Of a stretch of DNA of 64,000 nt, positions 18,258-28,321 are shown piece by piece. Numbering within the stretch: the stretch's first letter is position 1; the number at the start of each line of letters is the position of its first letter. The notes under the pieces are model-generated. The model was not told where the DNA came from. It ran no database searches and worked only from the letters and a program-made list of their open reading frames with translations. The stretch comes from a gamma proteobacterium HTCC2207 (lineage in GTDB: Bacteria; Pseudomonadota; Gammaproteobacteria; Pseudomonadales; Porticoccaceae): contig CAJJAO010000008.1 of assembly GCA_905182265.1 (NCBI GenBank), positions 5,742 through 69,741 on the forward strand, given 5' to 3'. A program made the position numbers and the translations under genes.

Positions 18258-19589
18258 ATGTCACAAATGACCCCCCGTGAGATTGTTCACGAACTGAATC
18301 GCCATATTATTGGCCAAGATGATGCTAAGCGCGCTGTGGCCATTGCCCTGCGCAATCGCTGGCGTCGTTCGCAACTTGATGCCGAGATGCGCAATGAAGT
18401 GACCCCCAAAAATATTCTTATGATCGGCCCAACTGGCGTGGGTAAAACCGAGATCGCACGCCGTTTGGCACGACTTGCCAATGCTCCATTCGTCAAAGTA
18501 GAGGCCACAAAATTTACTGAAGTTGGCTATGTGGGCAAAGATGTTGAATCCATTATTCGCGACCTTGTTGAGACCTCTGTTAAGCAGCGCCGAGAACAAG
18601 AAATGGAAAAAGTTGCCCAACGCGCAATGGACGCAGCTGAAGAGCGGGTTTTAGACGCACTATTGCCCCAGGCCCGCAGTGCAGATGCGCCGGCCGACAA
18701 AGACAACTCTACCCGACAGGTCTTTCGTAAAAAACTCCGCGAAGGCGCACTGGACGATAAAGAAATTGAAATCGAACTGAGCCAGATGCCGGCCGGCGTT
18801 GAGATTATGGCGCCCCCAGGCATGGAAGAGATGACCAACCAGCTGCAGGGTATGTTTAGCAGTATGGGCAAAGGCAAAACCACCAGCCGCAAGGTCACAG
18901 TAGCCGAAGCCCTAAAGCAGCTTAAAGATGAAGAGGCGGGCAAGCTGGTAAACGAAGAAAAGATTAAAGCCAGCGCCGTTGAAGCAGCAGAGCAAAATGG
19001 CATTGTATTTCTCGACGAGATCGACAAGGTCTGCCGTCGTGGCGAAGGCAGCGGCGGTGCAGATGTGTCCCGAGAGGGAGTGCAGCGTGATCTGCTGCCA
19101 TTAATTGAAGGCAGCACGGTGTCCACCAAATACGGCATGATCAAAACTGATCATATTTTGTTTATTGCCTCAGGTGCATTTCACCTCTCCAAACCCTCGG
19201 ACCTGATTCCGGAACTGCAGGGTCGCCTTCCTATTAGGGTTGAACTAAATTCATTAGAAATCAATGATTTAGAGCGAATTTTAACCGAACCCAAGGCCTC
19301 CTTAACCAAGCAGTACTGCGAGCTCATGGCCACTGAAGGCCTGACTATTGAGTTCACGGCTGATGGTGTGCGACGCATGGCCGAAATAGCCTTTGAGGTA
19401 AATGAGGGAACAGAAAATATTGGTGCCCGCCGCCTGCACACTATTCTTGAGCGCTTACTGGAAGAAATTTCTTTTGATGCCTCTGATTTGGGCGCGAAAG
19501 ACGAGACCATTACCATTGATGCTGTCTTCGTAGAGAAGAACTTGGGCGAACTGGCCAGCAACGAAGACCTCACTCGGTTTATTCTCTAA
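18258..19589 (+). CDS. hslU: ATP-dependent protease ATPase subunit HslU
   Basis: [43 protein letters not shown]. Confidence 0.97.
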   Translation: MSQMTPREIVHELNRHIIGQDDAKRAVAIALRNRWRRSQLDAEMRNEVTPKNILMIGPTGVGKTEIARRLARLANAPFVKVEATKFTEVGYVGKDVESIIRDLVETSVKQRREQEMEKVAQRAMDAAEERVLDALLPQARSADAPADKDNSTRQVFRKKLREGALDDKEIEIELSQMPAGVEIMAPPGMEEMTNQLQGMFSSMGKGKTTSRKVTVAEALKQLKDEEAGKLVNEEKIKASAVEAAEQNGIVFLDEIDKVCRRGEGSGGADVSREGVQRDLLPLIEGSTVSTKYGMIKTDHILFIASGAFHLSKPSDLIPELQGRLPIRVELNSLEINDLERILTEPKASLTKQYCELMATEGLTIEFTADGVRRMAEIAFEVNEGTENIGARRLHTILERLLEEISFDASDLGAKDETITIDAVFVEKNLGELASNEDLTRFIL

Positions 19590-19966
19590 TGCCAGTCCCC
19601 AGCCGCATTGTTGTCAGCGAAAAGAAAGATGCCCTGAATATGCAATACCAGGGCGATGTTCGTTTTAACCTGCCTGCCGAGTATCTGCGCGTCTTTTCCC
19701 CTAGCGCGGAGGTTCGCGGCCATGGCAGGGGCCAAGAGGTTCTGCAGATCGGTAAGCGTGATGTGTTGATCAAAGCCATAGCTAAATCCGGTAACTATGC
19801 CATTCAGATCACCTTTGACGACGGCCATGACTCGGGAATTTTCACCTGGGACTACCTGTTTGAATTGGGCTCTAACCAAACCGACAACTGGGCAGACTAT
19901 GTTCAGCGCCTGCACCAGGCCAATCAATCCCGTGATCCAGATACTCAGGTCGTTAAGCTTTCCTGA
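19589..19966 (+). CDS. DUF971 / gamma-butyrobetaine hydroxylase-like N-terminal domain protein
   Basis: LPAEYLRVFSPSAEVRGHG, GNYAIQITFDDGHDSGIFTWDYL; conserved position after hslU. Confidence 0.88.
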   Translation: MPVPSRIVVSEKKDALNMQYQGDVRFNLPAEYLRVFSPSAEVRGHGRGQEVLQIGKRDVLIKAIAKSGNYAIQITFDDGHDSGIFTWDYLFELGSNQTDNWADYVQRLHQANQSRDPDTQVVKLS

Positions 19967-20019
19967 AACCCCCAACAACAGCTACAATGGCCTCCTAATT
20001 TGTTGAGATAGCGGCACCC

Positions 20020-20766
20020 ATGTCTGATAAAACCACCCACTTCGGTTACAAAACCGTCAATGTTGAAGAAAAGGCCGGCAAAGTCGCCGAAGTCTTCCAC
20101 TCTGTCGCGGGCAAATATGACCTGATGAATGACCTTATGTCTGCCGGCGTGCATCGCCTGTGGAAGCGCATGACCATCGAAATGTCTGGTGTGCGTCGAG
20201 GTAATTCAGTATTAGATATCGCCGGTGGCACGGGAGACTTAACCGCCAAGTTCTCACGCATTGTGGGCCCAGAGGGCACAGTGGTTCTGGCCGACATTAA
20301 TAGTTCTATGCTGCAAGTAGGCCGCGACCGCTTGATGGACCGAGGTGTCGTGAACAATGTGATATTTTCCCAAGCCGACGCCCAGTACCTGCCCTTCCCA
20401 GACAATACCTTTGACGTGATTACCATCGCCTTTGGTTTGCGTAATGTCACCGATAAAGACATGGCTCTGCGCTCGATGCTACGCGTGCTAAAGCCCGGTG
20501 GTCGCCTGCTGGTACTCGAGTTTTCTAAGCCGGCAAACCCCGTCTTGTCTAAGGTCTACGACACCTATTCTTTTAGCATTTTACCCAAGCTCGGCAAACT
20601 ATTTGCCAGTGACGCCGATAGCTACCAGTACTTAGCAGAGTCCATTCGCATGCACCCAGATCAAGAGACGTTGCAAGGCATGATGGATAACGCTGGTTTT
20701 GCCAATACTGACTTCCACAATATGACAGGCGGTGTTGTCGCCCTCCATAGGGGAGTTAAGCCTTAG
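20020..20766 (+). CDS. ubiE: Ubiquinone/menaquinone C-methyltransferase
   Basis: [44 protein letters not shown]. Confidence 0.97.
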   Translation: MSDKTTHFGYKTVNVEEKAGKVAEVFHSVAGKYDLMNDLMSAGVHRLWKRMTIEMSGVRRGNSVLDIAGGTGDLTAKFSRIVGPEGTVVLADINSSMLQVGRDRLMDRGVVNNVIFSQADAQYLPFPDNTFDVITIAFGLRNVTDKDMALRSMLRVLKPGGRLLVLEFSKPANPVLSKVYDTYSFSILPKLGKLFASDADSYQYLAESIRMHPDQETLQGMMDNAGFANTDFHNMTGGVVALHRGVKP

Positions 20767-21404
20767 TGTTTTTTGCTGCACTGCAATCGACCGCTTTAGA
20801 AGGCGTTGAAAAAATCATCAATGCCGCCCTATCTCATGATCCAGCTTCGGCCAAACGGCTGAGCGCACTGAAAGGTAAAATTCTGTTAATCGACAGTCCA
20901 ATGCCGCCACTGCGGCTTGCAGTAGAGCCTGGCGCCAAGGGTATTATGTTGCACAATAACTGGCAGGATGATGCCGACGTCACTGTTAGTGGCACCCTGG
21001 TATCTCTTGCTGGTATGGCGATTAATTCAGGGGATATGGTTTCCTTTTCTGGTACCGGTGTTAATGTCACTGGCAACCTAGAAATCCTGCGCCAGCTCAA
21101 CCTTATTATGGCTGGGCTAGATATTGACTGGGAAGCTGCCTTAGCAGAGCTAATTGGCGATGTGCCCGCTCATTTATTGGCTGAAAGCATTCGTAAGTCA
21201 GCTAGCTTCCGCAAAAGCACAGTACAGCGAGCTCAGTCTGCTCTGGCAGAAGTCTCCCAAGAAGAGCTGCGCCTAACCCCGAGCAAGAACGAATATGACG
21301 CCTTTGTGCAGTCCGTGCGCCATTTAGCCCCAGACGTTGATCGCATAGCGGCACGAGCGAATAAACTCCGCCTAATGATCCAAGACAGGAAACCCAGCCT
21401 GTGA
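20766..21404 (+). CDS. ubiJ: Ubiquinone biosynthesis accessory factor (SCP2 domain)
   Basis: Between ubiE and ubiB; [18 protein letters not shown] motif. Confidence 0.85.
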   Translation: MFFAALQSTALEGVEKIINAALSHDPASAKRLSALKGKILLIDSPMPPLRLAVEPGAKGIMLHNNWQDDADVTVSGTLVSLAGMAINSGDMVSFSGTGVNVTGNLEILRQLNLIMAGLDIDWEAALAELIGDVPAHLLAESIRKSASFRKSTVQRAQSALAEVSQEELRLTPSKNEYDAFVQSVRHLAPDVDRIAARANKLRLMIQDRKPSL

Positions 21405-23026
21405 TTCGCCTGCGTCGCCTAGCCAAGATCGTCAGAGTAGTCGGTAAATATCGCCTTGATGAGCTCTTAGATAAAGACAATTTACCCTTTACTGTGCGCG
21501 CCGCACTGGCCCCTGCCGTTTTATTTGGCAAGGCTAAAAATAAGGCCAACCGCGGTGAACGTTTGCGTCTCGCTCTTGAAGAACTAGGGCCTATTTTTAT
21601 TAAGTTCGGTCAGCTGCTGTCGACTAGACCAGACTTGGTACCCAGCGATATCTGCACCGAACTTACCCAGCTGCAAGATAATGTTGCGCCTTTTTCTTCT
21701 GCTGTTTTCAAAGCTAATATAGAAACTGCCCTTGAGGGCTCTGTGGACGATTTGTTCCAAAGTTTCGAGCCTGAGCCTTTGGCCTCAGCCTCGGTAGCCC
21801 AAGTCCATGCCGCTGTGCTCGCCGACGGTCGCAAAGTAGTCATTAAATCTGTGCGTCCAGGCATTGAAAAAACCATTCGCAAGGATATCGCCCTGCTGTA
21901 CACATTGGCGCGTCTATTAGCCAAGTACAGTGAAGATGGCCGCAGACTGCGCCCGGTCGAGGTCATTGCCGACTATGAAATGGTCATTTTGGATGAGCTA
22001 AACCTGCAATCCGAAGGGGCTAATGCCTCATTGCTGCGCCACAACTTTGAACAGTCGTCACTGCTAAATGTTCCAGAAATTTACTGGCCCTACTCTAATG
22101 AAAAGGTTCTGGTCATGGAGCGCATTTACGGCATTCCAGTGACCAATATGGTCGACCTAGAGACCGCTGGTGTCGATATGAAATTACTGGCTGAGCGCGG
22201 CGTAGAGATATTTTTTACCCAGGTATTCGAGCACAATTTCTTTCATGCCGACATGCACCCAGGCAATATCTTTGTCGATGCCAGTAAGCCTAAATCTCCC
22301 AATTACATCGCTATTGATTGTGCCATTATGGGATCACTGTCTAGCGACGATCAGTTTTACTTAGCCCGCAACCTACTAGCCATTTTTAAGCGGGATTATC
22401 GCCAGGTGGCGGAGCTACATATTCGCTCTGGCTGGGTACCCAGCGATACCCCAGTTAATGAGTTTACTGGAGCCATTCGCTCAGTATGCGAACCTATTTT
22501 TGAGCGACCACTCAGCGAAATATCCCTGGGCCATATGCTCATTAGCCTGTTTACTACGGCACGACGTTTTAATATGGAAGTGCAGCCATCTCTGGTGCTA
22601 TTGCAAAAGACATTGCTAAATATTGAAGGCCTGGGCCGGCAGATGTATCCCCAACTCGACCTCTGGGCCACCGCCCAGCCATTTCTCGATAAGTGGCTAA
22701 AAGATCGCTATTCGCCCAAGAGTATCTTCAAACAATTTAAGCGCCATGTGCCGGACTGGCTCGAACATCTGCCTCAGATACCGCCGCTGGTTTTTCAGGC
22801 CCTGCAAAATATGCAGACGCCAGAGACTTCTGCCCCATCATCAGAGAAGACGCCAGTTGCCGAAGACACCAGCAAACTTAGTAAGTTACTTAACCGCTTG
22901 GGTGCCGCACTGGTTGGTATTGGTGTAGGCATTGGTTTCTCAAATTGGTCAGAGTCCATGAGCCAACTGCCTGGCAACAGCCTTGTCATGGTGAGTGTTG
23001 GCCTACTGTTACTGCTACTGCGCTAG
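21401..23026 (+). CDS. ubiB: Ubiquinone biosynthesis regulatory kinase
   Basis: [50 protein letters not shown]. Confidence 0.96.
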   Translation: MIRLRRLAKIVRVVGKYRLDELLDKDNLPFTVRAALAPAVLFGKAKNKANRGERLRLALEELGPIFIKFGQLLSTRPDLVPSDICTELTQLQDNVAPFSSAVFKANIETALEGSVDDLFQSFEPEPLASASVAQVHAAVLADGRKVVIKSVRPGIEKTIRKDIALLYTLARLLAKYSEDGRRLRPVEVIADYEMVILDELNLQSEGANASLLRHNFEQSSLLNVPEIYWPYSNEKVLVMERIYGIPVTNMVDLETAGVDMKLLAERGVEIFFTQVFEHNFFHADMHPGNIFVDASKPKSPNYIAIDCAIMGSLSSDDQFYLARNLLAIFKRDYRQVAELHIRSGWVPSDTPVNEFTGAIRSVCEPIFERPLSEISLGHMLISLFTTARRFNMEVQPSLVLLQKTLLNIEGLGRQMYPQLDLWATAQPFLDKWLKDRYSPKSIFKQFKRHVPDWLEHLPQIPPLVFQALQNMQTPETSAPSSEKTPVAEDTSKLSKLLNRLGAALVGIGVGIGFSNWSESMSQLPGNSLVMVSVGLLLLLLR

Positions 23027-23050
23027 TAGCAGTTCGGCTATACTGATCCC

Positions 23051-23434
23051 ATGGACAATTATCTCAATCAAATAGCTTGGAATTCTGACGGACTGGTGCC
23101 TGCCATTGCGCAGGATGCTGAATCTGGCCTGATTCTGATGGTCGCCTGGATGAACCGCGACGCTCTTGCACTCACCGTTAGCGAAAACCGCGCTGTGTAT
23201 TGGTCGAGATCAAGACAAAAGCTTTGGCGTAAAGGCGAAGAGTCGGGGAATGTACAGCTGCTCAAAGAACTGCGCCTCGACTGCGATAACGATGTGATCA
23301 TGATGCAGGTTGAGCAGATTGGCGGTATTGCCTGCCACACTGGGAGAACCTCCTGTTTTTATTCGGTATTGCGCGATGGCGAGTGGAAAAGCGTTGATGC
23401 CGTGATCAAAGACCCTAAGGAAATGTACCGATGA
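23051..23434 (+). CDS. hisI: Phosphoribosyl-AMP cyclohydrolase
   Basis: [32 protein letters not shown]. Confidence 0.96.
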   Translation: MDNYLNQIAWNSDGLVPAIAQDAESGLILMVAWMNRDALALTVSENRAVYWSRSRQKLWRKGEESGNVQLLKELRLDCDNDVIMMQVEQIGGIACHTGRTSCFYSVLRDGEWKSVDAVIKDPKEMYR

Positions 23435-23775
23435 GCGACTCTGTATTAAGCCAACTCAGCCAGGTTTTAGAGGCCCGCAAAAACAACTCCGCCGACGAAT
23501 CCTATGTGGCGAGCTTGCATGCCAAAGGGCTTAACAAAATCCTCGAAAAAGTCGGTGAAGAATCCATAGAAACTATTCTTGCTGCGCGAGATGCAGAGCT
23601 GAGCGGCAACAATGAAAAACTAATTTATGAGACCGCTGATTTGTGGTTTCACAGCCTAGTGATGCTATCTCACCTCGGTGAAAATGCCGACGGTGTATTG
23701 GCGGAACTGGAAAGACGCTTTGATTTATCCGGTCTTCAAGAGAAGGCACAACGAACAGCTGATAAGGAGAGTTAA
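23431..23775 (+). CDS. hisE: Phosphoribosyl-ATP pyrophosphatase
   Basis: [30 protein letters not shown]. Confidence 0.95.
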   Translation: MSDSVLSQLSQVLEARKNNSADESYVASLHAKGLNKILEKVGEESIETILAARDAELSGNNEKLIYETADLWFHSLVMLSHLGENADGVLAELERRFDLSGLQEKAQRTADKES

Positions 23776-23776
23776 G

Positions 23777-23989
23777 ATGGGTTTTGGTTGGCAAGAATTA
23801 TTAATTATCTTAGTGATTGTGGCGCTTATTTTTGGCACCAAGAAATTACGCAATATTGGCTCTGATCTGGGTGGCGCAGTCAAAGGCTTTAAGGATGGCA
23901 TAGCCAGTGATTCAGCATCTGACGATAGCAAAGAGGCAAGCGAAGGCGCTAATAAAGAAACTAGCGAGAAGAAAGACGCGTCAGAGTAA
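23777..23989 (+). CDS. tatA: Twin-arginine translocase TatA
   Basis: [35 protein letters not shown]; start ATG 23777 after AAGGAG (ORF-track extension to 23678 is spurious). Confidence 0.94.
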   Translation: MGFGWQELLIILVIVALIFGTKKLRNIGSDLGGAVKGFKDGIASDSASDDSKEASEGANKETSEKKDASE

Positions 23990-23998
23990 CAGCAAGCC

Positions 23999-24328
23999 AT
24001 GTTTGATATAGGTTTTTCCGAACTGATGGTAATCGCCATCATTACATTAATTGTAATGGGTCCCGAGCGCCTGCCCGAGACTGTGAGAACCATAGGCCTG
24101 TGGATTGGGCGGCTGAAACAGGTGCTCTCCTCTGCCCGTACTGACTTAGAAAATGAAGTCGGAATGGGTGAAATTCGCCGCCAACTCCACAATGAAAAAA
24201 TACTCCGCGATATCGAAAACAGTAAGTCAGACTTCGAAAACTCCATGCAGGACAGCGTAACTGAGTTGAAAAAAGCAGCCGCAGACATTAATGATGCAGC
24301 CCAGCCTCCTGTAGAAGAAAAGTTATGA
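23999..24328 (+). CDS. tatB: Twin-arginine translocase TatB
   Basis: MFDIGFSELMVIAIITLIVMGPERLP. Confidence 0.95.
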   Translation: MFDIGFSELMVIAIITLIVMGPERLPETVRTIGLWIGRLKQVLSSARTDLENEVGMGEIRRQLHNEKILRDIENSKSDFENSMQDSVTELKKAAADINDAAQPPVEEKL

Positions 24329-25104
24329 GTGATAACGAGACAAATGCCACTAGCGAAAGTAAAGGAAAGTCCCATAGCGAAAGCGAGACATTAGAAAGCC
24401 AGCCCTTTATGGCTCACCTGATAGAGTTCCGCGATCGTGTACTGCGCATGTTTATAGCGGTTCTAGTAATTTTTGCCGGCCTATTTTCTTTTAGCCAAGA
24501 GCTCTATCTCTACGTATCTGAACCCATACGCCAGTATCTACCCGCCACCTCAACCATGATTGCCACAGAGGTCGCCTCGCCGTTTTTAACGCCGTTCAAG
24601 TTGACCTTAGTGCTATCTATGTTTGCCGCCATGCCTTACATCCTCTATCAGGTGTGGGCCTTCGTGGCGCCTGGGTTGTATCAGCGAGAAAAGAAGATTG
24701 TACTGCCACTATTTTTTTCTAGTGTATTTTTGTTTTATGGCGGTATGGCCTTCGCCTATTACATAGTATTCCCCCTGGTATTTATGTTCTTCACCAGCAT
24801 AGCGCCTGAGGGTATTACGGTAATGCCGGATATTCGCAGCTATCTAGATTTCGTCTTAAAATTATTTTTTGCCTTTGGCCTGAGCTTTGAAATTCCGATT
24901 GCCGTGGTTATTCTGTCGTGGATGGGCGCAGTAGACCCGGACAAGTTGGCCAAAAAACGCCCCTATGTGTTTGTACTTTGCTTTGTACTCGGCATGCTGT
25001 TGACGCCACCAGATATTATTTCGCAAACCCTGCTGGCCATCCCTATGTGGCTACTCTTTGAGATCGGCATTCTGTTTGGCCGGCTGGTTAAGCCGTCGTC
25101 CTAA
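24325..25104 (+). CDS. tatC: Twin-arginine translocase TatC
   Basis: HLIEFRDR, SPFLTPFKL, FVAPGLYQREK, LTPPDIISQ. Confidence 0.96.
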   Translation: MSDNETNATSESKGKSHSESETLESQPFMAHLIEFRDRVLRMFIAVLVIFAGLFSFSQELYLYVSEPIRQYLPATSTMIATEVASPFLTPFKLTLVLSMFAAMPYILYQVWAFVAPGLYQREKKIVLPLFFSSVFLFYGGMAFAYYIVFPLVFMFFTSIAPEGITVMPDIRSYLDFVLKLFFAFGLSFEIPIAVVILSWMGAVDPDKLAKKRPYVFVLCFVLGMLLTPPDIISQTLLAIPMWLLFEIGILFGRLVKPSS

Positions 25105-25105
25105 G

Positions 25106-25210
25106 TGGCTCTATTAGGACGCGCTCTATTACAAAGCACTATATTAAAAAGCACTATATTAAAAAGCTTTATATTACAGAGCACTATATTAAAAAGCCCT
25201 CTCACAATGG
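25106..25210. repeat. 15-bp minisatellite, ~7 units, between convergent tatC and ychJ
   Basis: tggctctattaggac / gcgctctattacaaa / gcactatattaaaaa x2 / gctttatattacaga / gcactatattaaaaa / gccctctcacaatgg. Confidence 0.85.
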
Positions 25211-25225
25211 GCTTTATAGTAGATT

Positions 25226-25627
25226 TCAGGAACCTGCTTTAGTGCGTGACACTTCGCCACCTATATAAAACCACCGCTCACCTAGCTGGGTAAACACGGA
25301 TTTCTCATGCATTTCGATATGCTGGCCATTATCTTTGTAGATCGCTTTAAACTCGACCCACCCACTATTGCCGCTAGTACCTGAACCTAGCACCTGCAAC
25401 CCTAACCATTCGGTATCCGACCGAGACAGGTCCTCAACTGAAAGGTCTTTGGCCATTGGCGCAAACCAAGTTTTCAATAGATATCCGCCATAGCCACCCA
25501 GGGAATAGGCACTGTATCTTGAACGCATAAGTTGTTCCGGGGTAACCGCAAGCTCCGCTTCATTCAGAAGAGGTTCACAACAGGCAGTAAATAGCTTGGG
25601 GCTGCCACAAACGCAATTTCGCTTCAT
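25226..25627 (-). CDS. ychJ: YchJ (SEC-C motif) family protein
   Basis: CVCGSPKLFTACC, TPEQLMRSRYSAY, VEFKA, HEKSVF, WFYIGG. Confidence 0.88.
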   Translation of the reverse strand: MKRNCVCGSPKLFTACCEPLLNEAELAVTPEQLMRSRYSAYSLGGYGGYLLKTWFAPMAKDLSVEDLSRSDTEWLGLQVLGSGTSGNSGWVEFKAIYKDNGQHIEMHEKSVFTQLGERWFYIGGEVSRTKAGS

Positions 25628-25714
25628 TCTCTTACATTCCTATCGTATTTAAGCTGGCCTGTGGTGCGCAGACTGGTTTAAAATCATACCTCATAACCTG
25701 CTGAGAGTTCGACC

Positions 25715-26200
25715 ATGCCAAGCGTAGATATTGTTTCTGAAATTGAGACCGCCGAGATACTCAATGCCACCGACAACACTGAACGCGAACTAGCCACCAG
25801 ATTTGATTTTCGTGGTGTCGATGCCAGCATCAAGTTCGCCAATGACATAGTGACCATTAAAACCGAAGCCGATTTTCAATGTCAGCAGTTATTGGATATT
25901 TTTCGCGGCCAGTTGATCAAGCGCAAGGTTGATCCCCGAGTTATCGAATGTGAAGATGAATCAATTCATCGAGGCAAAACATTCACTCTGGATGTTACCT
26001 TTAAACAGGGTATCAGCGCCGAAATCTGCAAAAAAATCGTCAAACTCATCAAGGACGAAAAGCAAAAGGTGCAGGCGACTATCCAAGGGGACCAGGTGCG
26101 AATCACCGGCAAGAAGCGGGATGACCTACAGGCCGTTATGGCCATGGTGCGAGCCGCAGATCTGGGCCAGCCCTTCCAGTTTAAAAACCAGCGGGACTGA
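25715..26200 (+). CDS. yajQ: YajQ-family nucleotide/c-di-GMP-binding protein
   Basis: [38 protein letters not shown]. Confidence 0.92.
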   Translation: MPSVDIVSEIETAEILNATDNTERELATRFDFRGVDASIKFANDIVTIKTEADFQCQQLLDIFRGQLIKRKVDPRVIECEDESIHRGKTFTLDVTFKQGISAEICKKIVKLIKDEKQKVQATIQGDQVRITGKKRDDLQAVMAMVRAADLGQPFQFKNQRD

Positions 26201-26209
26201 CCTGTAGCG

Positions 26210-26581
26210 TCAATCAGCGGCAACAAATACCATTGAAATACTATTGACGCAGTGGCGGATATTTTTGTCTGTATAGCCCTCCCCCTCAAAGATATGGCCC
26301 AAGTGGCCGCTGCAGTTAGCGCAGACTATCTCGACACGTCGGCCATCTGCATCCGGCTCATGCCGCACGGCGCCCGTTACCTCATCATCAAAGCTAGGCC
26401 AGCCGCAATGGGAGGGGAATTTATGCTCTGAATGGTATAGTGGCGCATCGCACTGCTTACACAGATACATGCCTTGGGCACTGTGGTCGGTGTACTTGCC
26501 GACAAAAGGTGGCTCTGTGCCTTTTTGTTGAATCACGTACTGCTCTTCAGTATTTAACTCGTTATAGTCTTTACTACTCAT
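26210..26581 (-). CDS. msrB: Peptide-methionine (R)-S-oxide reductase
   Basis: GTEPPF, CKQC/CANC Zn sites, CGWPSF, GHLGHIF, RHCVNS. Confidence 0.95.
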   Translation of the reverse strand: MSSKDYNELNTEEQYVIQQKGTEPPFVGKYTDHSAQGMYLCKQCDAPLYHSEHKFPSHCGWPSFDDEVTGAVRHEPDADGRRVEIVCANCSGHLGHIFEGEGYTDKNIRHCVNSISMVFVAAD

Positions 26582-26603
26582 TAACTAATTCCCCTAATAA
26601 TTT

Positions 26604-27269
26604 CTAAAGTTGCACTGCCAACCAGAGTTTGTCCATCGCCTGCTTCACTTTAAACAGAGCACGTAGGGAGCCATTTTGGTGATCAGGCGATGCATAGTCC
26701 GGACCATATAGACGCAGAAAATCCAAACCCGGATGACCTAGAGCGGCATATTCCCAGTCAATAAGAAACAGCCCCTCCTTATTGATAATAATATTCTCAG
26801 GCACCATATCATGGTGACAGATCACTGGCTCCCAGCCTGCAGCATCCACGGCTTTCGCCGCATCTTTTATCTGCTTTACGACTGCAGGAGAAACTGTCTT
26901 ATCCGACAGCTGAGAAAGATACTGCTGACAGTAATCTAGGTAGTTACGTGGCCCGGTATCAATCATCTTAACCGCTTGCACGACAGCCAAGGCCTTAGAA
27001 AGGGACTCCATGATATGGCTATTTTTTAAACTCTTATCCGTGAGACAACTACCCTCTATAAACTCAGAGACCAACAACTCATCATCGATAAAGAATACTT
27101 TAGGGATTAGGCCAGTAGGCTCTAATAAGCCAAGAATTTTTTTCTCGCGGCGGCGGTTTATACCCAGTTTGATACTCACTGGAGAGTTGACTCTCACCAC
27201 GGCCTGAAAGGCCCCAGAGGACACTAAAAAGCTTTTATTAGTGCGACCACCCAACAGTTCCCTAACCAC
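26604..27269 (-). CDS. Choline/thiamine kinase-like phosphotransferase (APH fold); start uncertain
   Basis: GGRTNKSF, GINRRRE, CHHDMVPENII, LIDWEYA; last gene of the TPP-riboswitch cluster. Confidence 0.8.
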   Translation of the reverse strand: MVRELLGGRTNKSFLVSSGAFQAVVRVNSPVSIKLGINRRREKKILGLLEPTGLIPKVFFIDDELLVSEFIEGSCLTDKSLKNSHIMESLSKALAVVQAVKMIDTGPRNYLDYCQQYLSQLSDKTVSPAVVKQIKDAAKAVDAAGWEPVICHHDMVPENIIINKEGLFLIDWEYAALGHPGLDFLRLYGPDYASPDHQNGSLRALFKVKQAMDKLWLAVQL

Positions 27270-27321
27270 TTCTGGCTGCGCTAGCAGGCCCTGGTCTTCA
27301 CTAACCGTCCATCGTTGCCAG

Positions 27322-27921
27322 TTAGACAGGGCTTGTTTGAGGATTGTTTGGGTTCTGTTCGAGATAGGTCTTTCTCCAAGCGAAGTAGCCGATGACAGAT
27401 AAAGCTAAATAAAGGGTAAGCATAGCGGCCGTTTGGTAGAGCTCTCGGTCTATAAATAAGAATATAGATACGGTATTAATCACTATCCAGTACAGCCAGT
27501 TTTCAAGTACCTTACGCGCAACCATCACTGTAGTCACTATACTGGCCCAAGTGGTGAATGAATCGAGATAGGGTAATTTTGCGTCTGTACTGAGGGCTAA
27601 AAAATACCCAGAGACAAAACTAGCCAGTAACACTAACGCGATAATCTGAACATGTTGGCCAACCGTCCAGCGGCAAACGGCAACACCCTCTTTGTTGTCT
27701 CCACCATAGCCCCATTGATACCAGCCATACACAGCCATTGCCATGTAATAGATATTTAGCGCCGACTCCATATACAGGCTGACGTCACCAAATATCCACA
27801 CATAAATAGCGGTGCTAAAAAAAGCGCAGTACCAACATAGCCTGCTCTCTTTCATGGCTAACACCAGATAGGCTATAGCGAGTATGACCGCCAGAGTTTC
27901 TAGATTGACCCAATCAAACAT
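27322..27921 (-). CDS. pnuC: PnuC/PnuT-family transporter (thiamine-type by context)
   Basis: PYLDSFTT, ARKVLENWLYWIVIN motifs, multiple TM segments. Confidence 0.9.
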   Translation of the reverse strand: MFDWVNLETLAVILAIAYLVLAMKESRLCWYCAFFSTAIYVWIFGDVSLYMESALNIYYMAMAVYGWYQWGYGGDNKEGVAVCRWTVGQHVQIIALVLLASFVSGYFLALSTDAKLPYLDSFTTWASIVTTVMVARKVLENWLYWIVINTVSIFLFIDRELYQTAAMLTLYLALSVIGYFAWRKTYLEQNPNNPQTSPV

Positions 27922-27924
27922 GTT

Positions 27925-28173
27925 TTATAGCGCCTCGTACCCGGGAATAATTTTAGCCACGTAGATGGCCATATTAAATTCACGGTAGCATTCAGCAACG
28001 GTATCCTGCACTGCTGACATGGCCTGATCAAAATTGCCCTGCACCACGGTGCTAGTGGGGAAAGTTGTCACTTTTAGGTTATCGAACTTATTAATTTTCT
28101 CAATAAAACCCTCAATCGGGGGAATAAAATCTTCCCGATTTGGGTACATACTAATATCGATGGTTACTTGCAT
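27925..28173 (-). CDS. YkoF/thiamine-binding protein family
   Basis: IDISMYP, TFPTSTVVQG ferredoxin-like fold pattern; context in TPP operon. Confidence 0.75.
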   Translation of the reverse strand: MQVTIDISMYPNREDFIPPIEGFIEKINKFDNLKVTTFPTSTVVQGNFDQAMSAVQDTVAECYREFNMAIYVAKIIPGYEAL

Positions 28174-28222
28174 GTGCTGCTCCTTGTAGTGTTTCTTTCC
28201 ATTAGATGTATCTGTACTCTTT

Positions 28223-28290
28223 ATTTAACTGTCCTCTAAATTTAACTGGCCTATAAATTTGACGGTCCTCCAATTTTAAAGCCCTTTAAA
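28223..28290. repeat. Degenerate 17-bp tandem array (4 units) downstream of the thiamine TBDR
   Basis: atttaactgtcctctaa / atttaactggcctataa / atttgacggtcctccaa / ttttaaagccctttaaa. Confidence 0.65.
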
Positions 28291-28321
28291 TGCAGCCGCG
28301 ATATACATTTTTTAGCGGTCC

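Noticed and set aside
18527-19144. 205-aa antisense ORF inside hslU (and the 130-aa ORFs at 19181-19573 and 19586-19978)
   Set aside because: Shadow frames of conserved genes; Ser/Leu-rich with no motifs
23725-24375. 216-aa antisense ORF across tatA-tatB
   Set aside because: Antisense to well-supported genes; composition typical of a reverse-frame artefact
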